A stretch of 64,000 nucleotides of DNA, from contig CANMSH010000004.1 of assembly GCA_947500525.1 (NCBI GenBank), positions 188,783-252,782 of the forward strand, read 5' to 3'. Position numbers and translations under genes: made by a program. Position 1 is the stretch's first letter; each line of letters starts with the position of its first letter. Below are positions 1 through 10,669 of the stretch, piece after piece. The stretch is from an uncultured Flavobacteriaceae bacterium (GTDB lineage: Bacteria; Bacteroidota; Bacteroidia; Flavobacteriales; Flavobacteriaceae). Under the pieces are notes generated by a model. The model saw only the letters and a program-made list of their open reading frames with translations, did no database searches and was not told where the DNA came from.

Positions 1-1728
<1,728 letters not shown>

Positions 1729-1751
1729 ATACAATTTAAATGTATATATTT

Positions 1752-1779
1752 AAATCCTGCCATTGGCAGGATTTTTTTA
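1752..1779 (+). terminator. rho-independent terminator after gapA
   Basis: AAATCCTGCC-att-GGCAGGATTT stem (9-10 bp) followed by a T-run to 1778, beginning 23 nt after the gapA stop. Confidence 0.7.
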
Positions 1780-1793
1780 TTAAACGAATTCTC

Positions 1794-2432
1794 TTGGATA
1801 CGACTATCTTACTCTCTTTTATTGGAGCTACCGCATTATTATCTATTTCTCCTGGGCCTGACAATATTTTTGTCCTTATTCAAAGTATTACGAATGGAGT
1901 AAAATACGGTATTGCAACTGTTTGCGGATTAATATCTGGTTGCATTGTACATACTTCACTGGTGGCATTTGGGGCCTCGGCTATTATTAAATCGAATGAG
2001 AATTTATATATAACCTTAAAGATATTCGGAGCATCATATTTAGTGTTCTTGGCCTACAAAGTTTTTAAAAGTGATGCCACTCCAAAAATCACAGGTTCGT
2101 TACAAAAAGAAGGTAATGCATCGAAGAAAAGTTTAGGTCAATTGTTTCGTCAAGGATTTATTATGAATATTTTAAACCCTAAAGTTTCTATTTTTTTTCT
2201 TGCGTTATTTCCTGGGTTTTTATTTAGTGAGTCAATGTCAACGGTGAGTCAATTCTTTGTTTTAGGATTTATTTTCATGGGTGTATCACTTGTTATTTTT
2301 TCAGCAATTGCATTATTGGCTGGTGCTATTGCTAGTAAGCTAAGACAAAATACAGTAATTGGAAACGTGCTAAAATGGCTGCAAATAACCGTATTTATTG
2401 GGATTGCAATTTTTATATTGTTTTCAGATTGA
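1794..2432 (+). CDS. LysE/RhtB family amino-acid exporter
   Basis: Multi-TM protein with the N-terminal LSISPGPDNIFV motif typical of LysE/RhtB. The ORF-track ATG at 1740 would place the gapA terminator hairpin inside the CDS, so I prefer the in-frame TTG at 1794 (212 aa, usual family length). The start is uncertain. Confidence 0.75.
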   Translation: MDTTILLSFIGATALLSISPGPDNIFVLIQSITNGVKYGIATVCGLISGCIVHTSLVAFGASAIIKSNENLYITLKIFGASYLVFLAYKVFKSDATPKITGSLQKEGNASKKSLGQLFRQGFIMNILNPKVSIFFLALFPGFLFSESMSTVSQFFVLGFIFMGVSLVIFSAIALLAGAIASKLRQNTVIGNVLKWLQITVFIGIAIFILFSD

Positions 2433-2464
2433 AAAGTGTATTCAAATTGTATCTTTGAGATCTA

Positions 2465-3319
2465 ATGGGTACTGTTAAAATAATAGAATGTCCTCGTGAT
2501 GCCATGCAAGGTATCAAGCCTTTTATCTCTACTGATGTAAAGGCTAATTATATCAATCAGCTATTGAAGGTTGGTTTTGATACAATTGACTTTGGTAGTT
2601 TCGTGTCTCCGAAGGCAATCCCACAAATGAAAGACACAGCTGAGGTACTTTCTAAATTAGAATTATCGACTACAACGAGTAAATTACTGGCTATTATTGC
2701 AAATGTTAGAGGAGCAAATGATGCTTCTCAGTTTGAAGAAATAGATTATTTGGGCTATCCGTTTTCTATTTCTGAAAATTTTCAAATGCGTAATACGAGC
2801 AAAACGATTGCCGAATCTATTGTAACACTCGACGAAATTTTGAATATAGCGACCAAAACCAACAAGGAAGTTGTTGCTTATTTATCGATGGGCTTTGGAA
2901 ACCCTTATGGAGATCCTTGGAATGTTGATATTGTGGCGAACTGGACAGAAAAATTAGCAAAAATGGGGGTTGAAATTTTGTCCTTGTCGGATACAATTGG
3001 TAGCTCTACTCCAGAGATAATAACTTATTTATTTTCTGAATTAATTACAAAATATCCCAATATAGAATTTGGAGCACACCTACATACCACACCAACTACA
3101 TGGCAAGAAAAAGTAGATGCCGCATTTAAAGCAGGCTGTTATCGCTTTGATGGTGCTATCAAAGGATATGGTGGATGTCCGATGGCTAAAGATGAATTAA
3201 CGGGTAATATGCCTACTGAAAAGTTACTCGAATATTTTACTCAAACCCCCATTGATCTTCATTTAGATATGTCTTCTTTTAAAAGTGCTTACGCAGGAGC
3301 ATCAAATGTGTTTTTGTAA
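2465..3319 (+). CDS. hydroxymethylglutaryl-CoA lyase (HMGL-like TIM barrel)
   Basis: 284 aa. IIECPRDAMQG N-terminal motif, GAHLHTT metal-binding HxH region and CPMAKDELTGNMPTE near the C-terminus, as in HMG-CoA lyases. Confidence 0.8.
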   Translation: MGTVKIIECPRDAMQGIKPFISTDVKANYINQLLKVGFDTIDFGSFVSPKAIPQMKDTAEVLSKLELSTTTSKLLAIIANVRGANDASQFEEIDYLGYPFSISENFQMRNTSKTIAESIVTLDEILNIATKTNKEVVAYLSMGFGNPYGDPWNVDIVANWTEKLAKMGVEILSLSDTIGSSTPEIITYLFSELITKYPNIEFGAHLHTTPTTWQEKVDAAFKAGCYRFDGAIKGYGGCPMAKDELTGNMPTEKLLEYFTQTPIDLHLDMSSFKSAYAGASNVFL

Positions 3320-3371
3320 AAATTTAGTTAAAAATTGTATGTCAATTCTTAATTAAATTTTACTTTTGTAA

Positions 3372-4904
3372 ATGCAAGAAAAGGTACTTATTTTAGATTT
3401 CGGATCGCAATTCACTCAACTAATTGCACGCCGTATTAGAGAACTTAATATTTATTGTGAAATTCATCCTTATAACAGCACCAAATTTGATGCTGATGAT
3501 TTTAAGGCAGTAATTCTATCAGGAAGCCCACATTCTGTAAAGAGCGAGATTGCGCCAAAACCAGACTTATCAAAAATAAAAGGAAATAAACCATTATTGG
3601 GTGTGTGCTATGGTGCGCAATACCTAGTACATTTTTTTAATGGTAAGGTTGGGGCCTCCAATACTCGAGAATATGGGAGAGCGAATTTGTCTTTTATTGA
3701 TGGAGAAAATAAATTGTTTAATAATATAGAACAAGGAAGTCAAGTATGGATGAGTCATTCTGATACAATCTTAGAATTACCAAGTCATTATAAAAAGATA
3801 GCGAGTACACATGATGTTGAGTATGCAGCTTATAAAATTGAAAATGAAGATACCTATGCTATACAATTTCATCCAGAAGTATATCACTCTACAGACGGCA
3901 AGCAACTCTTAGAGAATTTTTTAGTACATATTGCAGGAGTTGCTCAAAATTGGACGCCAGATTCATTCGTTGAGACTACTGTTGAAAATTTAAAAAAACA
4001 AGTAGGAGGCGATAAGGTTGTTCTAGGATTATCAGGAGGGGTCGATTCTACCGTTGCTGCTGTTTTATTAGATAAAGCTATAGGGAAAAACTTGTATTGT
4101 ATTTTCGTGAACAACGGTTTATTACGAAAAAATGAATTCCAAAGTGTATTAGAACAATATAAAGGAATGGGTTTGAATGTGAAAGGAGTAGACGCTTCGG
4201 CACGTTTTTTGAAAGCTCTTGAAGGAATTTCTGATCCAGAAAAAAAACGAAAAGCTATTGGTAATACATTTATAGAGGTTTTTGATGATGAAGCACATAA
4301 AATAAAAGATGTAGTGTGGTTAGGGCAAGGTACCATTTATCCAGATGTTATAGAATCAGTTTCTGTTACTGGAGGTCCATCAGCAACAATAAAAAGTCAT
4401 CACAATGTGGGTGGTTTACCCGATTTTATGAAATTGAAAATCGTAGAGCCGCTTAGAATGATTTTTAAAGATGAAGTACGTCGAGTAGGAAAATCAATGG
4501 GTATTGATGCTGAACTATTAGGTAGGCATCCTTTTCCAGGGCCAGGCCTTGGTATTCGTATTTTGGGAGATGTAACTGCTGAAAAAGTTCGTATTTTACA
4601 AGAAGTAGATGCGGTATTCGTAGATGGTTTAAAAAAATGGAATTTGTATAATGATGTTTGGCAAGCGGGGGCTATGTTGTTACCTGTGAATTCAGTAGGT
4701 GTAATGGGAGATGAGAGAACTTATGAAAAAGTTGTAGCTTTGAGGGCTGTTTCTTCAACAGATGGTATGACTGCCGATTGGGTAAATTTACCGTATGAGT
4801 TTTTGCAAGAAACATCGAATAGAATAATAAATACTGTGAAAGGTGTAAACAGAGTTGTTTATGATATTAGCTCGAAACCACCTGCAACGATAGAATGGGA
4901 GTAA
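3372..4904 (+). CDS. guaA: GMP synthase (glutamine-hydrolysing)
   Basis: 510 aa. GATase catalytic GVCYGAQ, PP-loop [10 protein letters not shown]-terminal [11 protein letters not shown]. Confidence 0.97.
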   Translation: MQEKVLILDFGSQFTQLIARRIRELNIYCEIHPYNSTKFDADDFKAVILSGSPHSVKSEIAPKPDLSKIKGNKPLLGVCYGAQYLVHFFNGKVGASNTREYGRANLSFIDGENKLFNNIEQGSQVWMSHSDTILELPSHYKKIASTHDVEYAAYKIENEDTYAIQFHPEVYHSTDGKQLLENFLVHIAGVAQNWTPDSFVETTVENLKKQVGGDKVVLGLSGGVDSTVAAVLLDKAIGKNLYCIFVNNGLLRKNEFQSVLEQYKGMGLNVKGVDASARFLKALEGISDPEKKRKAIGNTFIEVFDDEAHKIKDVVWLGQGTIYPDVIESVSVTGGPSATIKSHHNVGGLPDFMKLKIVEPLRMIFKDEVRRVGKSMGIDAELLGRHPFPGPGLGIRILGDVTAEKVRILQEVDAVFVDGLKKWNLYNDVWQAGAMLLPVNSVGVMGDERTYEKVVALRAVSSTDGMTADWVNLPYEFLQETSNRIINTVKGVNRVVYDISSKPPATIEWE

Positions 4905-4946
4905 TCCTAATTGAGATGTCCTTTTAAAGGAATAAAATTTTACAAA

Positions 4947-6866
4947 ATGAAAAAATTGAAGTTATTCATACTGTTTTTTTTCTTGGTTACCTGCACTATG
5001 TTTAGTCAGAACAAGAAGTATGAAACGTATACTGTTCAAGCGGGAGAGACATTGCAAAGTATTGCAAAAAAGTTTGCGATAACTCCATATAGCCTTATAA
5101 AACTTAATCCCGAACTTGGTGATAATAATAGTTTAGATGAAGGCAAAATACTGATTGTACCCAATAAAAATTACAATCCTGTAAAAGCAGCGGCAGACGA
5201 GGGTAAAGACTATATAGAAAATGGTTTCTTAATTCATAAGGTACTACCCAAAGAAAATTATACTCAGTTAAAGAGAGAATTCGGGGTGTCTAAAAGAATT
5301 TTAAGAAAACACAATCCAATACTTCGAGTTGAGAGTTTAAAGGCAGGTCAGATTATTAAGTTTCCGGTTCCGAAAAATTATAAACAAGAAACGGGAGCAA
5401 TTGCATCAGTAATTGAGACAAAACCATATTTAGTTAGACCTAAAGAAACTAAATTTAGTATTTCTAGGCGCTATGGCATTTCAATAGAAAAATTAGAAGA
5501 ACTCAATCCAAAAATTAAGGAAGCAGGACTAAAAATGGCAGATATTATTTCAGTGCCAGATACTGACGAAATTCCTGATTCTGAAGAAGGTTTTTCGTTT
5601 CACAAGGTAGAAAAAGGAGAAAATTTGTTTAGGCTTGGGCAACTTTTTGAAATGACAGAAGAAGAATTAATTGCGGCTAATCCTGAATTAAAAGAAGGAG
5701 TCAAGGAGGGGATGCTTATTAAGATTCCGTTAGAAGAAAATGAAAACGTTTCAATGTTTGTACCTTCTGTAGAAGTAGGAAAAGAAATAAAAGCAATTCT
5801 AATGTTGCCTTTAATGAGTCATAAACCAACAATTGATTTTACCAAGAATAGAACTGCTGATATCGCTACAGATTTTTATCTAGGTGCCATGGTAGCACTA
5901 GATTCGGTAAAGAAAATGGGATTGTCTGTCGACATGAAAGTTTTTGATACACAAAATAATAAGAAGGTTTTAAGTAGTTTATTGGCTAGTGGAAATCTTG
6001 GTAATGCAGACGTTATGATAGGGCCGTTGTTTTTTGGTAATGTGCAGTATGTAGCAGGATTTTTGCAAAATAAACAAGTCACTATAGTGTCGCCATTATC
6101 TCAAAAAGATCACGGTACGATCCAAAATAATAAATTAGTACAAAGTGCTGCTAGTGAGGATAAAATGATAGAGAACGTGTTAGCACATATAAAGCAAACG
6201 TATACTAAGGAGAGAATTGTAATTGTAACCGATACGCTGACCACATCTATGGTAAAAGTTTCTAAGATGATAAAAGAATTACAGCCGTTAGATTCGTTGC
6301 ATAAAATAACCGTTTTGAAACCTAAAGAAGGATATATAAAACGGGATTTGTTTATGGAAAATATCAAAGATGATAGAGATAATTTCGTGGTATTATTAAG
6401 TAATGATGCAATTGTTACTACCGATGTTGTTCAAAATTTAGGTTCGATGTCTGATAAAGTCAAGATTACCTTGTTCGGATTTAATAAAGGAATGAACTTT
6501 AAGAATGTAAGCAATAACGATCTTGCCCGCGTTAATTTTCACTACGTTTCAAATAATTATGTTGATTATGAAGATGATTCTGTAAAACAATTTGTGAAAA
6601 CTTATGTGCGTAAGAATTATAGTAAACCATCAGAATATGCTTTCAGAGGTTTCGATGTTACATATGATATGCTTTTGCGTCTAGCTACAAGAGAAAATGT
6701 AAACGGAGCTTTAAATGCTGGATATTCGAAGAGAGCATCTTCTAAGTTCGAATATGCTAAAAATGATTCTGGAAATGGCTTTGTGAATCAAGGAGTACAT
6801 TTGATGAAGTATGATGGATTAAATATTGTGAAAGTAGAGGAGTCAATTGCTGTCGAAATAGAATAA
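4947..6866 (+). CDS. secreted protein with four LysM domains and a type-I periplasmic-binding-protein-like C-terminal domain
   Basis: Signal peptide MKKLKLFILFFFLVTCTMFSQ from ATG 4947 (ORF track starts at an upstream TTG, 4911). Four LysM-like units (YTVQAGETLQSIAKKF.., HKVLPKENYTQLKREF.., YLVRPKETKFSISRRY.., HKVEKGENLFRLGQLF..). Confidence 0.75.
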   Translation: MKKLKLFILFFFLVTCTMFSQNKKYETYTVQAGETLQSIAKKFAITPYSLIKLNPELGDNNSLDEGKILIVPNKNYNPVKAAADEGKDYIENGFLIHKVLPKENYTQLKREFGVSKRILRKHNPILRVESLKAGQIIKFPVPKNYKQETGAIASVIETKPYLVRPKETKFSISRRYGISIEKLEELNPKIKEAGLKMADIISVPDTDEIPDSEEGFSFHKVEKGENLFRLGQLFEMTEEELIAANPELKEGVKEGMLIKIPLEENENVSMFVPSVEVGKEIKAILMLPLMSHKPTIDFTKNRTADIATDFYLGAMVALDSVKKMGLSVDMKVFDTQNNKKVLSSLLASGNLGNADVMIGPLFFGNVQYVAGFLQNKQVTIVSPLSQKDHGTIQNNKLVQSAASEDKMIENVLAHIKQTYTKERIVIVTDTLTTSMVKVSKMIKELQPLDSLHKITVLKPKEGYIKRDLFMENIKDDRDNFVVLLSNDAIVTTDVVQNLGSMSDKVKITLFGFNKGMNFKNVSNNDLARVNFHYVSNNYVDYEDDSVKQFVKTYVRKNYSKPSEYAFRGFDVTYDMLLRLATRENVNGALNAGYSKRASSKFEYAKNDSGNGFVNQGVHLMKYDGLNIVKVEESIAVEIE

Positions 6867-6890
6867 TTCCATAAAGGTAAATAGTTTAAA

Positions 6891-6920
6891 AAAGGTACTC
6901 AAAGAGTGCCTTTTGTTGTT
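6891..6920 (+). terminator. terminator hairpin 1 after the LysM gene
   Basis: GGTACTC-aaa-GAGTGCC (7 bp, one G:U) followed by TTTTGTTGTT. Confidence 0.5.
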
Positions 6921-6921
6921 T

Positions 6922-6970
6922 AAGGGTATTCCCTGATTTTTTAAAATCAAGGAATGCCCTTACTTTTTTT
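6922..6970 (+). terminator. terminator hairpin 2 (long stem) after the LysM gene
   Basis: AAGGGTATTCCCTGATTTT / AAAATCAAGGAATGCCCTT inverted repeat (19 positions, one mismatch, one G:U), then ACTTTTTTT. Confidence 0.7.
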
Positions 6971-7011
6971 ATATGAGTCGGTGTTAGCTTGCAGTTCTAA
7001 TTTTAAATCTA

Positions 7012-7488
7012 ATGTATATGAAAGAGGTAATCAAATTTATAACAGTACTGATATTATGTATTATATGTTTTAGTTGTAGTAGTGATGATATGGGTAGTTC
7101 AACTATTGAATTTTCTCCCCAGCAATTAAATGGTACATGGAAAATCAGTTTTTTTTCAGATGAAAATATAGTGAGAACTTCTGAGTTCAGCAGCTATCAA
7201 TTTGACTTCAATATTAATACAAAAGATATTATTATATCAAGTAACGGTAGTACAAGTCTTGGTTCATTTGATGTTTTTCAAGAAACTAGAAGTGGAGAAA
7301 CTTTATGGATTGTTGATGCCGAAATAGATAACAGAAATAACCCAGGTAATGCTGATTTACAAGATTTAGATGAAGATTGGATCATTAGAAGTGTTAATGA
7401 GAATGCCACAGTTATAGAATTTGAAGAATTAGAAAGCAACAATAAACCTGAGATATTACATCTAGAGAAAGTTGAAAATTTTGAATAG
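7012..7488 (+). CDS. small lipoprotein of unknown function
   Basis: 158 aa. Lipobox LILCIICFSC followed by SSDD, a common Flavobacteriia lipoprotein signature. No catalytic motif recognised. Start could be Met3 (7018). Confidence 0.6.
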   Translation: MYMKEVIKFITVLILCIICFSCSSDDMGSSTIEFSPQQLNGTWKISFFSDENIVRTSEFSSYQFDFNINTKDIIISSNGSTSLGSFDVFQETRSGETLWIVDAEIDNRNNPGNADLQDLDEDWIIRSVNENATVIEFEELESNNKPEILHLEKVENFE

Positions 7489-7519
7489 TCAGCATATATC
7501 ATTCTTAAAAAGAAATTGT

Positions 7520-9727
7520 ATGAAAGCGTTTACTAAAAAAATAGTCTTATTAATATGCTTTGCATTCATAATTATTGGATGTAATAAAGAAGAAATAATT
7601 ATAGATAATTCTGTTTCAGAATCAATGATTTCTGGTACTGTATCAGTACCAGAAAATAGTACAATAGATGTTAATTCCTTAAGGATTTCGTCTCCCTTTG
7701 ACATGGTAACTATTTCTGATGGAACTTTTACCATGAGCACTATGTCAGATAAATTTCTTACACAATTAGTATCTACTAGTTCTGGCGAAGTTATGTTGTT
7801 AGGCTTTAGCTTTCCTGGTCAAACCAATTTTGAAGTTAATTCAAAATCAACTGCATTAGCTATGTTAATGAACTTGCCTACCTCGTTAATAATGACTCCT
7901 GAAGGTAAACTAGAACTCATTGAAGTAATTTTAAATCATCCTGATTTTCTGAGCTTGGTAAATGAGATAGACAGTTTGCTATTAGAAAATAAAAGCCCGC
8001 TCGACCTTTTAAATGAATCTTTAGCTATATCTGTTGGAAAGTTTTATGAAAAACTTTTTTCAACTGTATCTAAAACAATAAAAAGAGAATATGAAGAAGA
8101 TAACTATCCAGTAGAGATATTACGAGTAGGAAGAGAATTAACCTTTGTAAATCCAGGAAAAAGCTATGATACGAAAATAGGGATCTATAAAGACGAACAA
8201 GCTATTCAACGTTTGAGTATGGATAGAATTAATTTTTTCCCTACAGGTATAGGTGATGTTATAGGAGCAATTGGAGCGGCAGCAACAGGAGATATACCAT
8301 CAGGTTTAGAGCCAGTAGAAGATAGGTATACACTTGTTGGAGATGGTAAATTTGAAATAAAAGTTAGAAATGGATTTTATACGAATGGTTTAGACCCAGA
8401 TAATGTGTCGGCATATGTTAGCAATATGATAGGTTGGAGTTTAGATTTGATTGTAGAAATACTTCCTATTGATGATTGTGCACAGCCTTTGATTGCAAAT
8501 TTTAAAGAATTTGCACAGACAGCATTGGCTTTTCAAGAAACACCATCAGCCCCTGAAGTATTAGGTTTATTGTACAATTTAATTAGTGAATTTTTAACGA
8601 GCACCTTAACTATTACTGGCTGTTTGTTAGTTGAAAATGAAGATACATATCTTCGGTCTTTAAGTAGATTGACTTATTTTACAGGATTAGTAGGCTTGTT
8701 AGGTAATGTTTTTAATTCTTATTTAGGTATTTATCAATGGATCTTTGATGATGGAGCTTTAGACAAGTGTTATGAAGTAAATGGCGATGAAGTTACCGAG
8801 TGCAATGATGCTGATGTTTATGTTGTTGGTTATGAAAAGGTAAATGGAATTAAAACAGCAAAAATGTGGAAAAACGGTGTTGTTACTTCTTTGACTGATG
8901 GAATGAACAATTCTTCTGCTAATTCTATTTATGTTACAAATAATAATGCATATGTTGTGGGTAACGAGACAATTCTTGGTCAAGGAGGACAAGCCAAATT
9001 ATGGAAGAATGGAGTAAATGTCTATTCAGATAATTTTGCATCTGCCAATTCCGTATTTGTTTCAGATAATGAAGATGTATATATGGTTGGAAGTTCACAG
9101 GAAAACAAAGCAAGTTTATTAAGAGCCACTGTTTGGAAGAATGGTGTTGCGACCTATTTAACGGATGGTAGCCATAACGCTCATGCAAATTCTGTATTTA
9201 TTTCAGAAAATGATGTTTATGTAGTTGGTTATGAGGCTTATCCAAATAGAAATGTAGCTCTACTCTGGAAGAATGGTACGCCTATAATTCTTGAAGATTC
9301 TATTTATGCTCAACCAACTTCATTATTTGTTTCGGGTAATGACATATATGTTGCTGGGCTAAGTTATGATGGCGCCAATGTATCAGTTACAGTTTGGAAG
9401 AATGGGAATCCTTTTTATTTAACTAATACTAATGACCACGTCCGTGTTTATTCCATATATGTTTCAGAAGGTGATGTGTATCTTGCTGGCTCTGAAAGAT
9501 TAAATAACAACTTAGTAGCGACAGTATGGAAAAATGGAGAGGCAATTCATTTAAGTGATGAAATTTCTGTTGCAAAATCCATATATATATCTAATAATGA
9601 AGTGTTTGTGTGTGGCGCTGAAGTTGAAGGAGATTTGTCTATGCCAGTAATTTGGAAAAATGGAATAAAAACAACTTTAGATTATATTGGAGGTGATGCA
9701 ATAGCTAACTCAATATTTGTAAAATAA
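7520..9727 (+). CDS. large lipoprotein of unknown function with seven C-terminal WKNG repeats (propeller-like)
   Basis: ATG 7520 gives MKAFTKKIVLLICFAFIIIGC (lipobox). The ORF-track start at 7472 overlaps the previous gene. The C-terminal ~305 aa are repetitive (see repeat feature). Confidence 0.7.
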   Translation: MKAFTKKIVLLICFAFIIIGCNKEEIIIDNSVSESMISGTVSVPENSTIDVNSLRISSPFDMVTISDGTFTMSTMSDKFLTQLVSTSSGEVMLLGFSFPGQTNFEVNSKSTALAMLMNLPTSLIMTPEGKLELIEVILNHPDFLSLVNEIDSLLLENKSPLDLLNESLAISVGKFYEKLFSTVSKTIKREYEEDNYPVEILRVGRELTFVNPGKSYDTKIGIYKDEQAIQRLSMDRINFFPTGIGDVIGAIGAAATGDIPSGLEPVEDRYTLVGDGKFEIKVRNGFYTNGLDPDNVSAYVSNMIGWSLDLIVEILPIDDCAQPLIANFKEFAQTALAFQETPSAPEVLGLLYNLISEFLTSTLTITGCLLVENEDTYLRSLSRLTYFTGLVGLLGNVFNSYLGIYQWIFDDGALDKCYEVNGDEVTECNDADVYVVGYEKVNGIKTAKMWKNGVVTSLTDGMNNSSANSIYVTNNNAYVVGNETILGQGGQAKLWKNGVNVYSDNFASANSVFVSDNEDVYMVGSSQENKASLLRATVWKNGVATYLTDGSHNAHANSVFISENDVYVVGYEAYPNRNVALLWKNGTPIILEDSIYAQPTSLFVSGNDIYVAGLSYDGANVSVTVWKNGNPFYLTNTNDHVRVYSIYVSEGDVYLAGSERLNNNLVATVWKNGEAIHLSDEISVAKSIYISNNEVFVCGAEVEGDLSMPVIWKNGIKTTLDYIGGDAIANSIFVK
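8807..9724 (+). repeat. seven tandem 42-45-codon protein repeats, each ending in WKNG
   Basis: Trp codons of the WKNG motifs lie at 8867, 9002, 9134, 9266, 9395, 9527 and 9653. Each unit also carries ..S(I/V)(F/Y)V....(D/N)VY(V/M/L)(V/A)G. Confidence 0.8.
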
Positions 9728-9753
9728 TTTTATCTAATCAAAACAATATTATT

Positions 9754-10629
9754 TTGAAATATATAATACTAAGCATATTGGCTATGTGTCTGATTAACAC
9801 TACAGTTTTTGCACAGCAAACGGGTATTGTACAATACCCAGAATACGGTATAGAATTTACCATACCAGAGGGTTGGATGGGTAAGGAATTACAAGAAAGC
9901 TATGCTATGAAATCTCAAACACTAGATGGTGTTATGCTATTGTATTTAAATGAAAATAATTCTATAAAGGCGATTAAAAACGAGTTTTCTCAAGATTTTG
10001 TGGAAGCCGGAGTTAACTTAAAACCCGAAGTAAAACTAGAAGTAAAAAAAGACTATGTAAAACGTTATTATAAAGGTATTGTAGAAGGCGATAAGGTAAA
10101 AGCCTTGGCAATAGGACAGCTGAATACCTTTGGTAAAAGTGTAAGTCTTGTTATAATGACAAAATCAGAGGCTTTTACAAATGCGCACGAAAAAGCGTTA
10201 ATGACTTTAAAAGAAAGTTTAAAGTTTAACGAACCACAAGTCAATGCAACATTTAATGCTACCATCTGCAAACGTGATTTAGCAGGATATAAGCTAACCT
10301 ATGAAAAATACAACTATTCCTCAGGTGGTGTTGGGGGTATTAGTGGCAGTAATAGTGTGAGTAGTGAGATTAATCTATGTAAGTCAGGTCATTTCACTTT
10401 TTATGGTGGTGTCAATGTAAACGTTGGAGGCGAAAACTCTCACGGTTATAGTCATAGTACATCTAAAGATCACGGCAAATGGCAATTTGTAGATAAAGAT
10501 GGTAAAGTATTCTTACACCTCAATTATTACAATGGTGATATCTACTATTATCAAATTACTTATGGTAAAGATGGTGGTACGTATTTAGATAATACTCGAT
10601 ACTTTCTTACAGATGTAAATTGTAATTAA
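9754..10629 (+). CDS. secreted protein of unknown function
   Basis: 291 aa from a TTG start. Signal peptide MKYIILSILAMCLINTTVFAQQ. Gly/Ser/Asn/Tyr-rich C-terminal half. No recognisable motif. Confidence 0.6.
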   Translation: MKYIILSILAMCLINTTVFAQQTGIVQYPEYGIEFTIPEGWMGKELQESYAMKSQTLDGVMLLYLNENNSIKAIKNEFSQDFVEAGVNLKPEVKLEVKKDYVKRYYKGIVEGDKVKALAIGQLNTFGKSVSLVIMTKSEAFTNAHEKALMTLKESLKFNEPQVNATFNATICKRDLAGYKLTYEKYNYSSGGVGGISGSNSVSSEINLCKSGHFTFYGGVNVNVGGENSHGYSHSTSKDHGKWQFVDKDGKVFLHLNYYNGDIYYYQITYGKDGGTYLDNTRYFLTDVNCN

Positions 10630-10669
10630 TAGATTTTCTATATATTTAATAAGCTAAAAATCAATTGCT

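Noticed and set aside
1740-1793. ATG at 1740 as start of the LysE-family gene (ORF track)
   Set aside because: The first 18 codons would include the gapA terminator hairpin and add a non-family N-terminal extension. The TTG at 1794 is preferred, but this is not proven.
3944-4336. 130-aa minus-strand ORF
   Set aside because: It is antisense within guaA and looks like a typical shadow ORF.
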